NCBI GenBank assembly: GCA_965112635.1
Contig: OZ218778.1
Span: 2,272,001-2,336,000, forward strand
Reading direction: 5' to 3'
DNA from: an uncultured bacterium
Lineage (GTDB): Bacteria > Oederibacteriota > Oederibacteriia > Oederibacteriales > Oederibacteriaceae
Length of the DNA stretch: 64,000 nt
The notes below the pieces were generated by a model, which saw only the letters and a list, made by a program, of their open reading frames with translations, was not told where the DNA came from and searched no databases. Positions 60,296 to 64,000 of this stretch are shown here, one piece after another; position 1 is the stretch's first letter; each line of letters starts with the position of its first letter. Both the position numbers and the translations under genes were made by a program.

Positions 60296-62449
60296 TTATT
60301 GTTTATCAACAACAATTTTGGAAAAATCAGCTAAATTCTGCAAGTACTCTTTTATCTGTTGCATAAGGGCCAAATGATTTTCACGTCGCACAGGGTCATC
60401 ACACATCACCATCACTTTATCAAAATATTTGTTGATTAAAGGACAGAAATTCTCCAAATGATTTTTGTAGTTAGTAAAATCGCGGGTTTTAATAAATGGC
60501 AAAGTATTTATTGTTTCGCGCATTAAAAGCTCATACAGGTCCTTTTCAATCTTATCGCTACTGATCTCCGGGTTGAACCTTGCTGAAACTACTTTATCTT
60601 TGGGAAGGATATTTAACACGCGGATGAGAGTTACTACCAAAGTGGCAAAGTCACTTTGTTTTTGCCATTCCGAGAGAGCAAGGGCTCGATTGATCACCCC
60701 GTCCAAATAGGTCAACTCCCCAGCCAAAACAGCCTCTCTCAGATCATACCTTACCCCTTTCTCGTCTAAGACCGCTTCTAATCTTGGCTTAAAAAGGGAT
60801 TCGATCTTTGACCTAACCGCTGTTATGGGCTGGGTCAATTGGCTACCAAACAACTCATAAGCTTTTTGGATTAAATCGGCCATCTTGATTTGTAGGGGCC
60901 TGTCCAATAATAATAAAACGACCCCGCTTGCTGCCCTTCTTAAACCAAAAGGGTCCTGGGAACCGCTGACCTCAATGCCTGCGCCCAAAAATCCAACCAG
61001 CTGATCTATTTTATCGGCAAGAGCCAAACTTGATCCTGCCAGGGTCACGGGTAGCTTATCCCCGGCATAGCGGGGCAAATAATGCTCTTCGATCGCCTTC
61101 GCTTGAGATACTTGCTGCAGTTCCGCATAAATACGTCCCATAACTCCTTGTAATTTAGGAAATTCCCTTACCATATTGGACATCAAATCGATCTTGCACA
61201 GATGGGCTACCTTCTCGATTTCCTTAGTGTCTTCAAGACCAGCACCCCATCCCTGCGCGATATAAGAAGCAAGAATCTCCAGGCGCATGCTCTTCTCTGC
61301 CATGGAACCTAGCTTGATATGCCAAGTAACCCGGCTTAAACCAACCCATTTTTGTTCTAAATTATTCTTCAAGTCCTCATCATAAAAAAACTGTGCGTCT
61401 TTTAATCTCGCCTCAAGAACAGCATTATTCCCGACCCTGATTCCGCCTGCGCTCTTTCTCGGGCCGTCCAGAACATTTATAAAATTGGCCATCAATTGAC
61501 CGGTTGCCTTTTCCCTGACAGGGAAATACCTCTGGTGCTCTTCCATGACGCTTATTAAAATTGGTTCAGGAAGGGCCCTGTATTTTTCGTCAAAATCTCC
61601 TTTTAAAACTCCTGGAAATTCAATGAGGTTATTCACTAATTCTAATAGTTCCGGGGACATAACTGGATCACCCTTAATACTCAATGCAACCTTATTAATA
61701 TTTTCAATGACCATCCCCTTCCGAATTTCTGGATCAATAATGACTGCGTTCTTCTTCATTACTGATAGATAATGGGCCACATTTAAAACTTTAATAGGTT
61801 TGTTAGAAATAACCCGATGCCCAAAAGTAAAATTGGAGGATTGTACCCCAGCAACGGAAAAATTAATGACTGTGTCCTTGAATATAGCCAGAATCCATCT
61901 TATAGGTCGTCCAAATTTAAAATTGTCTGCCGACCAGCGCATGGCTTTAGAAAATTCGATTGAGCCTACTACCTCCGGCAACAACCTGGGGAGCACAAGG
62001 CTAGTTTCTTCTCCACGATCAAATCGATTTGCAAAAACGTATTCCCCTTTATTTGTGGTTTTGATAAATAGTTCACCTACAGAAACCCCTTGAGACTTAG
62101 CAAAACCAATCACTGGCGCTAGGGGCGTATTATTGGGGTCAAAAGACACATTTTTAGACGGACCTTGAACTTCCCATTGCCTTTCCTGCTGCTTGGCCGC
62201 TACTCCCTCGACCAATAGGATTAAACGCCGTGGTGTGCCAAAAACCTGGAGACTTTTATAGGCGATTCGTTGTGAGGCAAGCTTTTCCGCTGCAATCTTC
62301 TCAAGACGATTAATGGCTCCAGTAAGAGAGGAAAAAGGAAGTTCCTCGCAACCTATTTCCAATATCAAACTTGAGGGTTGTTTGAGGTTGGCAACCTTAC
62401 GCCTTTTAATAGTTTTCGCTGGTACTCTTTTTCTATTCGCCTTTTTCAT
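60296..62449 (-). CDS. glyS: glycine--tRNA ligase beta subunit
   Basis: [34 protein letters not shown]. Confidence 0.97.
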   Translation of the reverse strand: MKKANRKRVPAKTIKRRKVANLKQPSSLILEIGCEELPFSSLTGAINRLEKIAAEKLASQRIAYKSLQVFGTPRRLILLVEGVAAKQQERQWEVQGPSKNVSFDPNNTPLAPVIGFAKSQGVSVGELFIKTTNKGEYVFANRFDRGEETSLVLPRLLPEVVGSIEFSKAMRWSADNFKFGRPIRWILAIFKDTVINFSVAGVQSSNFTFGHRVISNKPIKVLNVAHYLSVMKKNAVIIDPEIRKGMVIENINKVALSIKGDPVMSPELLELVNNLIEFPGVLKGDFDEKYRALPEPILISVMEEHQRYFPVREKATGQLMANFINVLDGPRKSAGGIRVGNNAVLEARLKDAQFFYDEDLKNNLEQKWVGLSRVTWHIKLGSMAEKSMRLEILASYIAQGWGAGLEDTKEIEKVAHLCKIDLMSNMVREFPKLQGVMGRIYAELQQVSQAKAIEEHYLPRYAGDKLPVTLAGSSLALADKIDQLVGFLGAGIEVSGSQDPFGLRRAASGVVLLLLDRPLQIKMADLIQKAYELFGSQLTQPITAVRSKIESLFKPRLEAVLDEKGVRYDLREAVLAGELTYLDGVINRALALSEWQKQSDFATLVVTLIRVLNILPKDKVVSARFNPEISSDKIEKDLYELLMRETINTLPFIKTRDFTNYKNHLENFCPLINKYFDKVMVMCDDPVRRENHLALMQQIKEYLQNLADFSKIVVDKQ

Positions 62450-63323
62450 GTTTATCGCCTTTTAAAAGAGGGAAACCCTTAAGTTGCCTTAGCTCTAAGT
62501 ACCCTTTAGCTACTTTACGGGCTAAAGCCCTCACTCGTGCAATCAAACCGACTCTTTCGCTTACACTGACAGCGCCGCGGGCATCCATAAGATTAAAAAG
62601 ATGGGACGTCTTGAGCATGCAGTCATAGGCGGGCAACACCAGCTTGGCGGCTAAAAGCCTATTAGCCTCTTTTTCATATCCTTCAAAAGTTCGCAGAAGA
62701 AACTCTGGGTCTGCCAACTCAAAATTATATTTTGAGAACTGAAATTCATTATCTTTATAAAGTTCTCCATAGGGAATTCCCTGGGCCCATTCAATGTCAT
62801 AAACACTTTGTTTGTTTTGGATATACATCGTGATGCGTTCCAAACCATATGTTATCTCCACGGGAACTACCTCTAACTCGATATCCCCTACTTGCTGGAA
62901 ATACGTGAACTGGGTAATCTCGATTCCGTCCAGCCAAACCTGCCAGCCTAACCCAAAAGCACCCAAAGTAGGAGACTCCCAATCGTCCTCAACAAATCTA
63001 ATATCATGTTGTCTTAGTTTAAAACCAAGTTCTCCTAAGCTTTCCAAATAAAGATCTTGGATATTTTTAGGGGCTGGTTTTATTAGAACTTGGTACTGGT
63101 AGTAATGCTGTAAACGGTTGGGATTTTCACCATAACGCCCATCGGCGGGTCTACGAGAAGGTTCTACATAAGCGACACTCCACGGCTCAGGACCTAACGA
63201 CCTCAGAAAGGTGTTCATATTGAAAGTGCCAGCACCCTTCTCCATATCATAGGGCTGCACAAGGAGGCAGCCCTGCTTCTTCCAAAACAGCTCTAGTTTT
63301 TTAATAACCGACTGGAAATCCAA
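62433..63323 (-). CDS. glyQ: glycine--tRNA ligase alpha subunit
   Basis: [34 protein letters not shown]; TTG start with AGGAG. Confidence 0.98.
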   Translation of the reverse strand: MDFQSVIKKLELFWKKQGCLLVQPYDMEKGAGTFNMNTFLRSLGPEPWSVAYVEPSRRPADGRYGENPNRLQHYYQYQVLIKPAPKNIQDLYLESLGELGFKLRQHDIRFVEDDWESPTLGAFGLGWQVWLDGIEITQFTYFQQVGDIELEVVPVEITYGLERITMYIQNKQSVYDIEWAQGIPYGELYKDNEFQFSKYNFELADPEFLLRTFEGYEKEANRLLAAKLVLPAYDCMLKTSHLFNLMDARGAVSVSERVGLIARVRALARKVAKGYLELRQLKGFPLLKGDKHEKGE

Positions 63324-63415
63324 GAAATGCTCCTATTTAAAATACTTTAACACACGGTCGTTCTTTAAAAAAAGGAAGATAACGATTAAATACGAAGAGC
63401 TTTATGCTCCATTGT

Positions 63416-63447
63416 AAAAAAGGAGCAGCTCATCACTGCTCCTTTTT
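63416..63447. terminator. bidirectional intrinsic terminator
   Basis: AAAAAGGAGCAG-ctcatca-CTGCTCCTTTTT. Confidence 0.85.
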
Positions 63448-63479
63448 AGAGAAAAGCTTAAGTTCTTTTTATAAGCTGG

Positions 63480-64000
63480 TTAGAATCTCGCAATAATTGA
63501 AAAGTAATTTAATGGCATCAAATCGTAATTGACATAGGAATAATCTAACTCCAGGAAGAACGCGATAAATCCTGCCCCTAGCGTCAATTGCGGCTGTTGA
63601 ATGCTCTGTTGATTAATAAAACCAATGCGCCCCACTACCGTGTTCTTATACCACAGCTCCATTCCCCCATGTGTTCTCAAATCATATTTGGTGTCTGCAT
63701 CCAAAGCCAGGGTGACCCTGCTATCCATGGCTTTGATAAGCTGAGTGAATGCGCCTCCAATCTTTACGTTCAAGGGAATAACATCGGTCGGCTGGGAAGG
63801 GGTATTCTGCCAAGTTATTGATGTCCCTAATGCATCTTGAACATTCACGCCCAACTTAAGTTGCCGAATAGGTTTAAAAAGCACCCCGACATCCACACCA
63901 TAGCCGCTAAAAGTTGAATCTAAAATGCCGCCAAAAATATACTTAACGGTAAGCCCCACTGCAACTCCCTTGAAAACTCGCAGACCTCCGGAGAGCAAAA
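63480..64000 (-). CDS. C-terminal part of a second PorV/PorQ-like beta-barrel (5' end outside the window)
   Basis: G.TVKYI...G.G.D.G..., .G.N.QD, IP...K.G, G.E.W, GAG...LDYS, terminal Phe. Confidence 0.7.
   Translation of the reverse strand, partial: LLSGGLRVFKGVAVGLTVKYIFGGILDSTFSGYGVDVGVLFKPIRQLKLGVNVQDALGTSITWQNTPSQPTDVIPLNVKIGGAFTQLIKAMDSRVTLALDADTKYDLRTHGGMELWYKNTVVGRIGFINQQSIQQPQLTLGAGFIAFFLELDYSYVNYDLMPLNYFSIIARF

Noticed and set aside
60807-60816. Single TTTGACCTAA copy inside glyS
   Set aside because: Isolated match within coding sequence; compatible with chance.
63324-63479. T-box leader for glyQS
   Set aside because: No T-box consensus; the hairpin is best explained as the upstream gene's terminator.

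Overview
A 64-kb stretch of core chromosome from a diderm bacterium, with almost all genes on the - strand. The lineage cannot be named from sequence alone. PorV/PorQ-like beta-barrel genes and a T9SS-style C-terminal domain, set in Deltaproteobacteria/PVC-like gene order, suggest an uncultured candidate phylum (inference). Housekeeping content: cmk-plsC-(rpsA?); an aromatic amino acid operon (coaBC-pheA-hisC-tyrA-aroA-aroG); rpoS-like sigma-apt-tRNA-Arg; two tRNA-Pro genes; livG/livF; a Crp-family regulator; uvrA; a PilG/H/I (Xap)-like ABC trio; dksA; lysA-dapF-dapA-dapB-dapL-folK-dNK-panC-panD-nadX; copA; mnmA; purN-purH-purD-purE-tsaC-rpiB-glyA-wecA...wecB; nagA; glyQS. No integrase, transposase, CRISPR array or rRNA was seen. 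Most notable observations: (1) five copies of a TTAGGTCAAA motif abutting the -35 of a near-leaderless promoter for two uncharacterised secreted proteins, inside an accessory block separating aroA from cmk; (2) T9SS-like parts (two PorV-like genes and a CTD-bearing beta-propeller cargo) together with two paralogous GT-C glycosyltransferases; (3) tyrA split by a -1 frameshift at a T-TTT-TTG run. I did not find a clearly new system; the candidates below are hypotheses.
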